Below are positions 63,290-64,000 of a DNA stretch of 64,000 nt, piece by piece (the stretch's first letter is position 1; each line of letters begins with the position of its first letter). Both the position numbers and the translations under genes were made by a program. This DNA is from Chiloscyllium plagiosum. Its lineage: Eukaryota. Under the pieces are notes generated by a model. It was given only the letters and a program-made list of their open reading frames with translations, was not told the DNA's origin and searched no databases. The DNA is taken from assembly GCF_004010195.1 (NCBI RefSeq), contig NC_057719.1, positions 67,539,048 through 67,603,047 on the forward strand, written 5' to 3'.

Positions 63290-64000
63290 ATGCATTTGGA
63301 CTTGTTTGGTGACAGGCAACATGGGTTTGTGCAGGGAAGGTCATGGTTCACCAACTTTCTTGAGTTTTTGAGGAGGTGACAAGAATGATTGATGAGGTAA
63401 GGGCAGTGAATATTGTCTACATAGACTTTCGTCAGTTTTTGATGAGGTACCCCATGGCATGCTGGTACAAAAGGGGATCCAGGGTGAGCTGGCTAGATGG
63501 ATACAGAACTGGCTTGGCCATAGAAGACAGGGAGTAGTGGTGGAAGGGTGCTTTTCAGAATGGAGATCAGTAACTAATGGTGTCCCAGCGGGATCAGTGC
63601 TGGGACCTTTGTTATTTGTAATATATATAAATGACCTGGAGGAAACTGTAGGTGGTCTGATTAGTACATTTGCAGATGAAACCAAAACAGGCAGACTTGC
63701 AGATAGTGAGAAGGGTTGTCAAAGGATACAGCAGGATATAGATAGGTTGCAGATTTGGGCAGAGAAATGGCAGATGGAGTTTAACCTGGACAAATGTGAG
63801 GTGATGCATTTTGGAAGATCAAATTCAGGTGCGAATTATACAATAAATGGCAGCACCCTTAGAAGCATTGACATAGAAAGATCTGGGCATACAGGTCCAC
63901 AGATCCCTAAAAGTGGTAATACAGGTGGATAAGCTGGTCAGGAGGACATGCAGCACAGTTGCCTTCATCAGCCAGGGCATCGAATAGAAAAGTTGGCAAG
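63290..64000 (+). mobile_element. CR1 LINE RT fragment running off the window
   Basis: [52 protein letters not shown]. Confidence 0.93.

Overview
Eukaryotic, AT-rich, repeat-dense DNA, almost certainly from an elasmobranch (shark/ray): it carries HE1-type tRNA-derived SINEs sharing a 3' tail with HER1/CR1 LINEs. There is no intact multi-exon CDS, rRNA, tRNA gene or CRISPR array. The window looks like a large intron plus the 5' end of a minus-strand gene: a CpG-enriched region with splice signals at ~55.4-56.8 kb and a candidate 186-nt exon at 51269-51454 resembling a receptor N-terminus. The repeats include many CR1/HER1, L2 and second-family LINE fragments, a near-full-length CR1 (40.4-46.2 kb), hAT, PIF/Harbinger and Gypsy relics, and two coding Penelope-like elements (PLEs). 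The most striking signal is at least 13 insertions related to minimal hammerhead-ribozyme (HHR) motifs (CUGAnGA-stemII-GAAA-palindrome; complete in some copies, partial or decayed in others). Most are 105-210 bp and non-coding, many are near-perfect hairpins with a one-sided 32-38 nt tail, and most have 8-18 bp target-site duplications (TSDs). They look like a PLE-driven, retrozyme-like family of palindromic mini-elements. Family names come from recognising sequence motifs, not from database searches, and many boundaries are approximate.
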